From Paraspadella gotoi (lineage: Eukaryota > Animalia > Chaetognatha), in assembly GCA_051294375.1 (NCBI GenBank), contig CM119266.1, positions 10,639,571-10,703,570 of the forward strand: a stretch of 64,000 bases of DNA. The letters run 5' to 3'. Below the pieces are notes generated by a model. That model had not been told where the DNA came from and ran no database searches. It worked only from the letters and a program-made list of their open reading frames with translations. Positions 52,531-64,000 of this stretch are shown here, piece by piece. Position 1 is the stretch's first letter; each line of letters starts with the position of its first letter. The position numbers and the translations under genes are program-made.

Positions 52531-55500
52531 ATGTCGGAGGATCCTCATCTTCGAACGCACACGGCGACGGGAGACGTCAGCCACGTGATGCGTCTTGCGG
52601 ATGATATCAGCGCCCTCCTCGGCGTAGATGACTATAGTGACATCACATTCGTCGTTGAAAACCAAGATTTTCACGCTCACAAAGTCATCATGGCCGCCCG
52701 TTGCGAGTATTTTCGGTTAGTTTTGTGACCTGTTTAAAGGGCTAGAAGTTTTTGTAATTTAGTGCATTATTTAAACTGAAAATGAGCAGCTTCATTTTGA
52801 GAAATTATTTTAACTTAATTGGGATTCTTCTCTTTTTTAGCGCACTCCTGTTCGGCGGCCTCCGGGAGTCCCAGCCCGACTGCGATCGCGTCCCTCTTGC
52901 CGACACCACGGCCGATGGCTTTCGCCAGCTCCTCCGCTACGTCTACTCCGGTCGTGTCAATCTGGTGGAACTAAAAGAGGAGCAGCTGCTAGAGCAGCTG
53001 GGTCTGGCCCATCGCTACGGTTTCGTCGACTACGAGCACGCGATAGTCCAGTACCTCAAGGCCATCATCAACGTTCGCAACATTTGCGCCATCTACGACG
53101 TGGCCAACCTCTATTCTCTTTCTTTCCTCGAGGACGTTTGCCTCAATTTCGTGGATCGCAACGCCTCCGACGTTCTCCTCTCCGACAGCTTTCTCAGCCT
53201 GAGCGAGAACGCCGTCTGCGCCGTCATTTCGCGCGACTCGTTTTGCGCACCGGAAGCTGAAATCTTTCGCGCGGTCAGCGCTTGGGCTGAAGCCAACCCG
53301 GAGGAAGAAAGATCGCGCGCCGTCGCCTGCATCCGGCTCAACATCATGGAGATCCCTGACTTGCTCAACGTGGTTCGTCCCTCATCGCTGGTGTCGTCCG
53401 ACGCCATTCTCGACGCCATCGATTCCAAGCACAAGTCGCGGGACATGGAGCTCAATTATCGGGGCTATTTGATACCGGAGGAAAACGTGGCCACTTTGCG
53501 TCACGGAGCGTCGGTAAGATTGGCTACACTTCAACTGCAATACTTAATAAAATATGTAAAGTTGCTTTGAATACCTTTCAAAAGCATCAAGACCTTTAAT
53601 AGTATTGAATCTTGAACTATTGATCTTTGACTATGACATGACGAATAGAAAAATGATTTAATTAGTTTTTAAGGTTGCCTTAGTCTCTACAAAAGTTATT
53701 TTTGTTTAAGACCCAACTACCATGATGGAAAAAAATGCATAATATTATTTTATACTGTTAAGAATGAATATTTTTATTCAGTCCTAGAGAGTTTGTATAA
53801 TATATTAAAACATATTTACTTCTAAAAAATCGTATTTGACAATAAAATTAAATGATTTTTCTATCATGATGTATTTTCAGTTATATTTCTACATTTTTGA
53901 AAGGATGCAATCGAATTTTCAACCTTTACGCTCCCCCTCACTGAAGGTTATTAAGGGCGAGATGCCTCACGCCCTCCTCAACGGCGACAACTCCAATTAC
54001 GATCTCGATCGCGGCTTCACCCGCCATCCCATCGACGAATCCCCGGCGGCTGGAATCGTCATCAAACTCGGAATGCAGTGCATCGTCAACTGCGTGAGGA
54101 TGCTGCTGTGGGACAAGGACAACCGCTCCTACTCGTACAAGATTGAAGCGTCGATGCACGAGGACAAGGACTGGGTGACCGTCGTGGACCATTCCACGTA
54201 CCTCTGCCGCTCGTGGCAGACCCTGTACTTTCCAAAGCGTGTCGTTCGGTATCTCCGCGTCGTCGGCACCAACAACACCGTCAACAGGGTGTTTCACGTG
54301 GTTTCCTTGGAGGCCTACTTCACCGAGAAGACGTTCTCCCTGGAAAAAGGAATCTTGGTGCCGACGGAGAACGTAGCGACCGTGGCCAACTGCGCAACGG
54401 TGACGGAAGGCGTCTCGCGATCGAGGAACGCGCTTATCAACGGAGATTACAGCTCGTACGATTGGGACTCGGGATATACTTGTCATCAGTTGGGATCAGG
54501 TGGGTTAGATGCTTCAAAATAGTTTTTGTTAGTTGCTAAATATAAAAATTTGGCAATTCGTGTTCTGTTCCTATTAAAAAATTTAATAATAAAGACATTT
54601 ATTGTGTTCGCTCAACAATTAAAAAACAATTAATACTGAAGATTTTATCTTTTTTTTACCAATATAAAATTAATAGGAATAAAAATTTAAAATAGTTTCA
54701 AAAGGTTTATATATTCGTCATTTTTTTTCATCGCGCAGGTGCGATCGTCGTCCAACTTCCCCAACCGTATCTCATCGGCAGCATTCGGTTACTCCTGTGG
54801 GACTGCGATGATCGCTCCTACTCTTACTACATAGACGTTTCCACTGATCACCTTACGTGGCATCGCGTCGTGGACAACCGGAACAAAAAATGCCGGAGCT
54901 GGCAGACAATCACCTTTCCTCCGCGGCCCGTCTGTTACGTCAAGATCGTGGGAACCCACAACACGGCCAACGAAGTGTTCCACTGCGTCCACTTCGAGTG
55001 TCCTGCCCAAACGACGACCACGGCGCAGTCTCCTTCTCCAGCGGGCGCCTCGGCGCCTCCCGTTTTCGTTCCCCCGTCGTCAACGCCGCCTCCTCAACTG
55101 CCACAGCAGCAGCCATCACAACAGCAGCAACAGCTGCAAGGCATGAATGACCTCGGAGCTCATAATTTCCCTCCGCCGGCCGAATACCCAGGTGAAGAAT
55201 TTTAAATGGTTCATTTTCTGCTTTTGCGCGATTAATTGCCTAAAATTTGGTATTACTTTTCATGTTAGGCGACGTTCCCGGTCCTATTTTTCCCCGCGAT
55301 AACGATTCAGCCTCGAACGCCTCGACCCATAGCGCCAGTTCGTCGCGAGGCGCCGCTGTCGGTTCCGGAACCCCTGGCCACGGCCACCCACGTCACCAAG
55401 GGCGATCGCAATTGATGGGCCCAAACGATTTGGGAAATAATTGGAATCCTTCGCCGCAGAATTCGTTCCATCCGCTTCAAATGGCTGTCGGTTACGACGC

Positions 55501-55828
55501 GGGCGCGCATTCTATCCGCCCGTTTCATCCTCAAGTAGTGATGGGTACTCCAAGAGACGCCCCGCCACTGCCTCCCCGCGAACAGCGTCCGTCGAATTCG
55601 ACCGTCGTCAACGCGCTCGCCTCCCTCTCAACTCGGCAAGTTTCTCCCAGGAACGTCAATGACAACGCAACGGGCGCGGCTTCCATGGACGGACCCGACG
55701 GATTTGCGATGGCCGGTGGAGATTTTTACGACGGGTTCCGGCCTCTGGACGCCAATCCCGAGAACGAGGAGCCGGAGGGACCGGCGCCGAATTTACCCGC
55801 GGACAAAGAAGACGATTTGCCAAGTTGA
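52531..55828 (+). CDS. BTBD9: BTB/POZ domain-containing protein 9; exons 52531-52715, 52841-53513, 53947-54499, 54739-55191, 55269-55828
   Basis: BTB (DYSDITFVVE...FHAHKVIMAARCEYFRALLFGGLRES), BACK (RDSFCAPEAEIF) and two F5/8-like repeats (YDLDRGFTRH, YDWDSGYTCHQLGSGAIVVQL, IVGTHNTANEVFHCVHFECP). All junctions are GT-AG and in frame; the last exon is less certain. Confidence 0.95.
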
Positions 55829-56294
55829 GAGCTTTCGGGAAATTAAAAGACTATTTTCCTTTGTGTGAACCCTGCTGATGCTGTCTCTTAACTTAAAAAG
55901 AACATTTGTGTGGCATTACACTATTTTTAAAGCTTTATTTATATTACGAATATTTAAACCGCTCTGTACTCTGTACTCTCCTAAAAATAGTTAATAATTT
56001 AATTTAGATAATTTTTCCCTTTATACGTACACGTAGTTTTTTCGATATTTTAGCTTGAAAGGTAATAAACTGTATAACTGTAACTGATCCTCTTTTTGCA
56101 TGTCCGACCGTATGTTGTGGTATTTATCGATTCGCCCATAATCTCTCTCTAGCATTGCCGCCTATTTCAGATGCGAAATATAGAGATCGATGCAATGTTT
56201 CGTCGCACGTCAATCAGGACAAGAAGATGACATGAAAATAATTTGCTCACTGGTCTGCCCCAATTCACACAATACGTAATTAAAAGCAGAGACT

Positions 56295-57877
56295 ATGATT
56301 CGTAGAAACTTTCCCTACGTCCGCGCTCAAATGGGCGCGGCCATCGGTTCCTCCTCGCCCTTCGTCCGCGTCCTTTGCGTCATCGTCGTCGTCTTCTACG
56401 GACTGTCTTTCGCCAGCGACGTTCGAGACGCCGTCTGCGTTCGTCCCGGTTTTCTCCTGCCGCCGAACTTTCGCGTGTGGACGTTCATGACTCATTCCTT
56501 CATGGAAACACACTGGTGGCACGCCCTCGTGGACATCGTCATCATCAACTTGTACGGAAAGTTGTTGGAGCCGCTGTGGGGAACGATCGAGATGGTCAAT
56601 TTTTATCTGCTGGTCAACACGGTGGCGGGACTAGCGACGAGTATCATTTACGTTTTGATCTACGGTCTCACCTACGATACGTCGTTTTTGTTCGAAATTC
56701 GAATCCACGGTTTGCCGGGATACATCGCCGCCTTTTCCGTCGCCGTTAAGCAGGTTCTTTTTCCTTCATTTTGCTCTAGTTGCCACTTAATTCTTTTAAA
56801 ATTAATTGAAATGAAAAAGCTGAATTTTTAACAAATTACTTAAGACTAACTTTTATCAAACAGTTGATAGTTAAAAGCTAATATTTATTTAGACTATTGT
56901 TGAAGAGATATCACATGCACAATTTAAATTAATAATAACCAATTCGTTGTGGGATTACACTTGCAAATCCCACAAAGAATTGCTTGAGACTACTAATATT
57001 TATTTAATTTTCAGATTATGCCGGATCACGTTCTATTAAAACTTCCTTTCGGCAAAATTCGCAACCGTCACGTTCCCATCCTCGTCCTCATTCTCGCCGT
57101 CATAGTCAATATCTTCGGGGGTGTTTCCGGTACTTACCCGTGGCTCTTCGCGATGGGGATCCTCACCAGTTGGACGTACCTCCGCTTCTATCAGAAGCAC
57201 AACAATAAGACGACGGGAGACTCGGCCGATCATTTCATGTTCGCGTCGTTTTTCCCCGAGCCCGTGGCGCCCTTCGTCGCTGTCGTCGCCAACACCATCT
57301 TTAGTCTCCTAGTCAAGATGAAGGTGTGTCGACGCCCAGTCCATCGCTACAACATGGCCGCTCCCTCAGGTTCAATTACCGTCAGTCTCCCTGGCACCAA
57401 CGCCGAAGACGCGGAGAGAAGACGACAGATCGCTCTTAAGGTATTAAAATTAAAAGCTTGGACCGATATTTTGCCTGATTCTATAGTTTTTCATAGTTTG
57501 TGACCGTAAAAAAAATATTTTTTAATAATGACATCGTTTTGTAGGCGTTAAATGAACGGTTGTGTAAAATGGACGAATCGACGCCGGCGTGGCCGTCCAT
57601 GGAGGACGATGAGGCGACGACTTCGTCCAGCGAAAAAGCGATGACGCCTCCCGCGGTCCCCGTTTCGTCAACGGGCCGCAGCAGCAGCGCAGGTGGCGGC
57701 GCCCCGTCCGAGTCTGGCGACGCCGCCTCCACGTCTACGGTCGTTTCAATCGGGGACGAAAGTTCGGACACCTTTCCGCCTCAGCCCCTGATCAAGGACA
57801 TCGCCATCCCAATTTTGGCGAAACCGCATTCCTTGTCCCCGGCCAAACTCCCCGTTCCGAGCTTCACTCAGACTTAG
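56295..57877 (+). CDS. TMEM115: Transmembrane protein 115 (rhomboid-like); exons 56295-56753, 57015-57440, 57545-57877
   Basis: LLPPNFRVWT, GKLLEPLWG, VAVKQ|IMPD, SWTYLRFYQKH, FASFFPE, DAERRRQIALK|ALNERL; GT-AG introns. Confidence 0.95.
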
Positions 57878-60049
57878 ACGCTTACAGCAATCATTTAGGA
57901 ACCCTCTGTGACTTATTTTTTCTGTTCAGGTTAGATTGTAATTTTTTGATGAATTTGATTCATTCTCATAAAATGCGGTAGATTTAGTTATTTTGCAGAA
58001 GTACAAATATTCAGATTGCGTGATAGCATTTCGGGCATTTACAGATTTCTGAACCAAATTCCAAAACTATTGGCCAAAAACCTCGTCGAATTCGTTGGAT
58101 TCTTTGGTGAAAGGACAGTTGTGTAACTTGTTAACTAGCCGTTGCTTGTCATGATCGTCTCGTTTAGAATTCCGCTATTTGCTCCGTCACCACTGTAGAT
58201 CTTCATGATATGGCTGTTTGTTTCGTTGGGAAATAAAATATGTAATTTATCAACTGAAAAATATTCTTATAAACGTTAACGTACATATGTTAATGTAAAA
58301 CTAGTTAACGAGTCACCGACCACCCCTCATTTTCTCGAGATCGTTATATTAAATAGCTTATTAGGGTTTGAGTAATTTAAGAAATCTTATCAACTTAAAG
58401 AATAAAATTACTTTTGCAGTTTGTCACATTTGATCTCATATTTAAATAATGCAGACTGAATCCAGACTGAATCAATCCAAAGACTGCATTAATAAGTAGA
58501 AGTCATCGTTAATCCTTGACAGCTGTTACTAAAACTGCAGCCGTCTGCAAGAATTAATTAGGGAAAAGCCTTAAGAATGGCGTCATTTTCTTCGCGGCTG
58601 GTGCCTCATATACGCATCAGGTCGTCTGTCAGTACGTTTGTCCGTGGATGTGACGTTAAAGGAGAGTTCATTTAATAATAAATAAGGGGAAAATGTCCTG
58701 GACACTACAATGTGTTAAGGCAGAGAAGCACTTCAGTGTATGATTTACCGTAACGTATACACGGTTCTTTTTATAAATTTGTTAAAAATGAATTTATACA
58801 AATTACAATGTAACCTTGTGGAAGACCGCGACATAAGGAGTAGGAAGACACATATATATTATAAGCGAGAGAAAACATAGCAACTATGTTCAATACAGGA
58901 AAAGAGACAATGTAACGTGAATAGTTCGAGGGTTGAAACGGTTGTGTCTCTCGTGGAAACAGCCAAGACGGAAGAAACCCGTTGAAGCCCGGGACGACGA
59001 GACCAATTATTGGAGGTCTCAGGACATGTGGTCGTTGAGGGAAAAGAGAGCGAGAGTCGAGGGAGCTTGGCCTCAACCTAAATAGTTATTTGATTATCAT
59101 TAGCTTTAAATAAAAATATGGAATTTTTTAAAAAAAAATTTCGATGTTTAATTTTAAGCACTGGACTCAGCTTGGCCTTTTGTTGATTGAAGAGACAGAC
59201 TCGAGATCCTTTCGTGTTCGTCCGGCGCGGGAAAAGCTTTGGCTCTACCCAGGACCTGGGAAAAGGGCTCGTATGGTGAAAAACATGCTCAAGTTGCATC
59301 AGCCAATCTCGTCCCTTTTAAATGCACCCCAAAGCATCTGCTTTTCATTAGTTCAAAGTTGGGAAAACTTTTGATTACGTAATCAAAAGCAGTTTGTGGA
59401 TTATTTTTATGTAGCTATAAGTACAGATAAACTTAACCTTTGCCTCGCTTTATTATTTGCGTTATTTTTTAGCTTGACCTTGAAAAGATAACGACCAGCG
59501 AAGTATGCTTCTATGTCATGAATATTTCTTACAAGTCATTCTGCCCAAAATTTTTGATATTCCTTGCTTTCAGTTTTTTTTAACCATCTCTTCGATAAAT
59601 TTATTCGTCGTCCAAAGTTTATTACGCGGGATAATGAGCTTCGGATTCTCAATATACTTCAACTATCATCAAAATATTGTCGGTACGTTATGACATACGT
59701 TATGTGCGCGTTTTATTCACGACTTCGTAATAAATAAGATTTTAGGTCTTCTGTGTGCTGGTGATATAATAATACTCATTATATTTTTGCTAAATTTAAT
59801 TCTTAATGGATATCCGAACGGTTAAAATAAATAAATGAATGAAATTTTAAATAAAAAAGAATCACGAAGAAATTCTTGCTGACAGCGTTTGTTTTATTTT
59901 CAGAAAAAAACCAAGGTCTCAACGGACATCTCGACAATTTAAAGAAATCCTTTCAAGTAAAACTCGAACGCGGAAGCTACTCTTGGAGTCAAATCAACTA
60001 TAACGAACGTTAAAATAAATTAAAAGATACATCCACAAGTCATTCATGT

Positions 60050-60265
60050 AATTAACATCGTACTTTCTTTCATCTCGCCGTAGGAATTTCAACCGACTTC
60101 CTTTTTAACCAGCTTTCACAAACGTTTTTCCTCGTTGCCTTCATCCTTAAGCGGTTTTTTTTCTTACCACTGGATTGACTTGTTTAATCTTCTTCATCTC
60201 CATTCCACTTCGCCCGTTATCACCACGGATTTTATACTTAAACCCCAGTCTACATTGTAGTTGAC
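60050..60265 (-). mobile_element. Decayed RTE-clade LINE fragment (3' end of ORF)
   Basis: Minus-strand translation gives IKSVVITGEVEWR*RR...KKEVG*NSYGEMKE, which resembles the RTE C-terminal G-x-VEG-RR-GR...SY-EMK pattern. Stops are present. Confidence 0.4.
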
Positions 60266-60484
60266 CGCATCAGTGGGTCTATAATTGGTTTCCTGGTACT
60301 TTTTTTTTACAATTTAACATGTGTAGTTTAACTTTCTTAGTTTCCCTTAGTGGCTAAAGTAAGGAAAATATTTTTGAGCAATAATAATATTATTATTAAT
60401 ATGATGGTGGTTTTTCAAAAGCCGCCAAAATCACGGTCGGCGAAAGTAAAATTTAGCTTTTACTCTCGCCGACCGGGGTTAGGG

Positions 60485-61601
60485 TAGTGTTCCGATAACC
60501 GTTAACTGTTAACGGTTATTAACGGTTAAAAATAATTTTAACTTAACCGTTAATATATTTATTTTAACGGTTAAATTTGGTTAATTTTCAAATGTGATTT
60601 TTTTTATTTTTTGGTATTAAATCTTTAAATTTAAAAGAAAACTATTTTTTTCCTGTCCTCTCTTATTCTCCCCTTTCCTTCTCACCATATTTTTACCCCT
60701 CTCTCTCTTCTCCACTTTTTCCCTGCTTTTTCCCTCTTTCTTTTCTCTCCTTTTTTCTCCCTTTTATTTTACCTTTTTCCTTTTTTTCGCCCTTCCATGT
60801 AATAATATATATTCAATTTAGCTAAAAATAAATAATTCCTCTTATTTTACTTTCTCTCTTTTTCTTTCCCTCTTTAAAATTAACAAAGAAGCAAATGAAA
60901 TAAAACCGAATGAATGAAAAAAATTAATAAAAAACCAAATAAAAAAATTATTATAAAAAAATTAAAAATTGATAATAGAAGGAACGAATGTTTAAAAAGA
61001 TATTAAGGCTAACTAAAACTATCCTTCAATAATGATGATATACTGTTAACTGAAAAATATATTTATGAATCAATAAATATTTTGATCAATCGATAAATCA
61101 ACCAGTTTATCAATAAATTAAAATTCATATTTATATTTATGGTCAATGACCATTGGTCATGGTTTATGAAAGACTAAAAACAGAAAACAAGCGTTCAAGA
61201 AATTAACAACTACAAAAATAATGAGGAAGAGAAGTAGAGAAAGAGAAAGAGAAAGCAAAAGAGAGAAGAGAAAACAAAATATACTATAGTTAGAATTCGA
61301 TGGTATCCTTTTGTTTCGTTGTGTTATGAGATTAGCAAAAATATTTGTTTTGTTACAACAACAATTTTATTTGACATAAAAAACAGACATGTTTCGCCTC
61401 TGTTTCGAGTCTTCATCAGCGCATACAGGAGCCAGAGTTAAAGATAAAATACCATTAAATACTTTAGTTTGTTTTAAATCTTAATATTTTAAATTTAAAG
61501 TTAAATTATAAAATTAACCGATCTTAACGGTTAACCGTTAAAAATATTAGTTTTAACGGTTAAGCGAATTTCCTAAAAAATTAACGGTTATCGGAACTCT
61601 A
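60485..61601. mobile_element. hAT-like non-autonomous DNA transposon (MITE), 1117 bp
   Basis: TIRs TAGTGTTCCGATAACCGTTAA (60485) and TTAACGGTTATCGGAACTCTA (ends 61601), 1 mismatch. 8-bp flanking duplication GGTTAGGG at 60477-60484 and 61602-61609. Subterminal TTAACGGTTAA motifs. Confidence 0.85.
61386..61419 (-). ncRNA. Minimal type I hammerhead-ribozyme motif (Penelope-like)
   Basis: Minus strand reads CTGATGA-aGaCTC-gaaaca-GAGgC-GAAAC-AT-GTC. The catalytic core is intact, stem III is the palindromic ACATGT, and AATAAAA follows. Stem I is weak. Confidence 0.65.
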
Positions 61602-61796
61602 GGTTAGGGTTAAGAGTGGTTTAGGGTTAGGGGTGGTGAGGATTTTGGTTTAGGGTAATTGGAGAAAAATTTTTTTTGAAATTTTCGTTAAAAAAAAATT
61701 GCCGACTGGAGTTAGGGAGGGGTTAGGGTTAAGAGTGGTTTAGGAGTGGTTTAGGGTTAGGGGTGGTTAGGTTTAAGAGGGTTTAGGGTTAGGGTA
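61602..61796 (+). repeat. Interstitial degenerate TTAGGG telomere-like repeats
   Basis: ggttagggttaagagtggtttagggttagggtgg, in two blocks. Confidence 0.85.
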
Positions 61797-62413
61797 ATTG
61801 GGTAAAATTTTTCAAAAATTGGGTAATATTTTTCAAAAACCGCCAAAACCGCGGTCGACGAAAGTAAAATTAAGCCCATAATCTTTAACCTTAAGACTCA
61901 AGTCTATATTAAAACCCTTCTGTTTTTTTTCAGTAAAACTTTTGGTTTCTTATTATCAAAGGTTAAGGACCCTCCTTTCTCTTATTGACAAAGGCTCAAC
62001 ATGTCTGCTTTATTTCTTTACTTTTTTAAACCCCTAAGAAGAGAGTCTCGCCTTTCAATTCTCGATTCTCGCCCTTTTTTCACTTTTTTAATTCGATCCT
62101 GGTCTCGTCTGACTCTTTTGAGCTCAGGGCCGGATAATTGGACCGCGTGGTCGAAGGCAAAGCGTACAAATCTTTCATGTAAGGTTGAGAGAGAACGAAA
62201 GAGATTTCGAATTCCGTTCCTCTTTCGGTTCTTACAAATGTTTTTTATTTCTTTGAGTTTAAAAATCTAAATTAATTCATGTTATGTGTATGAACGGAAT
62301 GCGTAAACATTAAAAATTAAAAAAAAGAAGAAAATCTTCCATTTTCCCTTTCATACGCTTTGAACCTCGACCGCATTAAATATTCTATTCGCTTTTCCTT
62401 TCCGCCCTCTCGC

Positions 62414-62456
<43 letters not shown>

Positions 62457-63019
62457 CTCTCATGCTCATCTCGTCTCTCTCTCTCTCTCCACGGCGTCGT
62501 CACTTCCTTCGCGTTCGACGTTCGACGTTCCCTCCAGTCGCACTCGCTGTTCACAACCCCGTCTAAGAAAAAAAATATCAATTCAATCAAAAGAATAAGA
62601 AATCAAAAAAAAGAAATCTCAATTTATATCCAGCACTTGCCCCGACCGAAATACAAATTTGATTGTTTCCCTCTCGAATAAAAAATAAAAATAAAAACAA
62701 GAAAAAATAGGAAAAAAGTATTTCTCAACTGTCGTTTTTATTTCCCCTCCGCCTTCATCAAAGTTTCATTCGAAAAAGAAAAGGCTTCAAACGCTTTTCA
62801 ATTTGGAATCAAATTTGAATCGCGAACGAAGCTCCTGATTAAATTCAAACGTCATAATTGACGTGCGATTAACTCGTAAATTCAATTCGATTCAATTAAC
62901 TGGTTTTTCGATTCACCGTCGAAAACCCCGCCTTATATTTTATCACCGAATTCACGTCGATCTCTCTTCGGTGAACGATACTTCTCCCTCTCTGATCTGA
63001 ATCTTAACGATCGGAGACC

Positions 63020-63191
63020 ATGTCGGAAAAGCAGGGTAGTGGCGACAGCGCACGTAAGCGCGACGGCGAAGGAGGCGCCGTTGACAAGAGCGAAGGGCCG
63101 TCCGGGGCCGACGACGCCGGCGTCGGTCTTCAGCGCAACATTAATCTCTTCAACGCCGTCACCATAATCGTGGGCGTCATTGTTGGATCTG
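63020..63191 (+). CDS. First coding exon of an SLC7/LAT-family amino acid transporter (continues beyond the window)
   Basis: VGLQRNINLFNAVTIIVGVIVGSG is the LAT/APC TM1 motif, followed by the donor G|GTAGGA. Confidence 0.85.
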
Positions 63192-63294
63192 GTAGGATTT
63201 GGTGTTTTTATGTTTTGTTGAATCCAATTTGTCAAAGAGGATTTAGCGGATTAGTTTCAAGTGCAGTAGAAAAGAAGCAAACATTATACTTATT

Positions 63295-63923
63295 TAGTAA
63301 GGCGTAGTAAAATTCCTAAGTTTAACTTTAATTAAAATTCTAAAAGTGAGGAACGAACAACATTATACTTATGAACATTTATGTATAAAAAAAATTCATA
63401 ATAAATTTTACAATTTACGCAGTAGGCCATATTTATACTAGTACTAAACCAATAAATGTTAAAATTTCAAAACAGTTTTTTCTAAGATTTTTTTGCAGAT
63501 TTGGATTCGTCATAAAAAGTTGATAAAAAGAAATATAACTCTTTTTGAAAAATTCCTTCATTAAGTGGGTCAAAAATTAGAAAAAGCTATATTTTAAGCT
63601 GAAAATTAACTTTTATATATTAAATATAGTTTTTTTAATTTTTAACCCACTTAATGAAAGAATTTTTAAAAATGAATTATATTCTTTTTTATCAACTTTT
63701 GACGAGGAATTCAAATCTGCAATCAAAATTAAGAAAAGCCTATTTTGAAATTTTTCGATTTTTTAAGGATAGTACTATATATAAATATAGCCTACTGCGA
63801 AAATTAAAAAACATAAAATTAATTTTTTTTACAAATTAATGTTCACTGATGGTATGTTGTTCATAATTGACTTTTAGAATTTTCGTATGTAACTTTCACT
63901 ACGCCTTATTATTTAGCCCACTG
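63295..63923. mobile_element. Fold-back MITE of about 630 bp (Tc1/mariner-like end) in intron 1 of the SLC7 gene
   Basis: Long imperfect palindrome: taaggcgtagt/actacgcctta, cgcagtaggc/gcctactgcg, ttcattaagtgggt/acccacttaatgaa. The right end read inward is TA-CAGTGGG; the left terminus is eroded. Confidence 0.75.
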
Positions 63924-64000
63924 TATAAGTAGTAGAATGTAGTTATGTATTTATATATTATATTCTGTACTGTTAATTTTCTTACTACAACCATATACTG

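Noticed and set aside
45458-57771. Antisense and alternative-frame ORFs over the ZF, FLCN, BTBD9 and TMEM115 genes
   Set aside because: These are shadow ORFs expected from the codon bias of the real coding strand; they have no independent motifs.
61602-61796. True telomere or chromosome-fusion scar
   Set aside because: The array is short, degenerate, single-orientation and enclosed by element-like direct repeats, with genes on both sides.
1-64000. Species-level identification
   Set aside because: Gene content, GT-AG introns and TTAGGG-like repeats support an invertebrate animal, but the sequence alone does not let me name the taxon.

Overview
This is eukaryotic (invertebrate animal) genomic DNA, not prokaryotic, and it falls into three zones. 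(1) 1-25 kb holds the first three coding exons, on the minus strand, of a ZNF423/ZNF521 (Oaz)-type zinc-finger gene (MSRRKQARPRALK start). The exons sit in very large introns rich in (GA)n tracts, and almost all listed ORFs here are spurious. (2) 25.9-43.7 kb is a forward/inverted/forward triplication of the 5' region of a C2H2 zinc-finger gene, with two 25-N gaps and indel-riddled copies. This is most likely a long-read fold-back or gap-filling artefact. (3) 43.3-57.9 kb is a tightly packed, co-oriented cluster: an intronless C2H2 ZF gene, intronless FLCN, TSPO, BTBD9 and TMEM115. Gaps are as short as 112 bp, which looks like a polycistronic, trans-spliced operon. It is followed by nested transposon remnants (a hAT-like MITE with an 8-bp TSD, inserted in TTAGGG-like repeats and carrying a hammerhead-ribozyme motif) and the first exon of an SLC7/LAT transporter. 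All family assignments come from motif recognition by eye; no searches were run.
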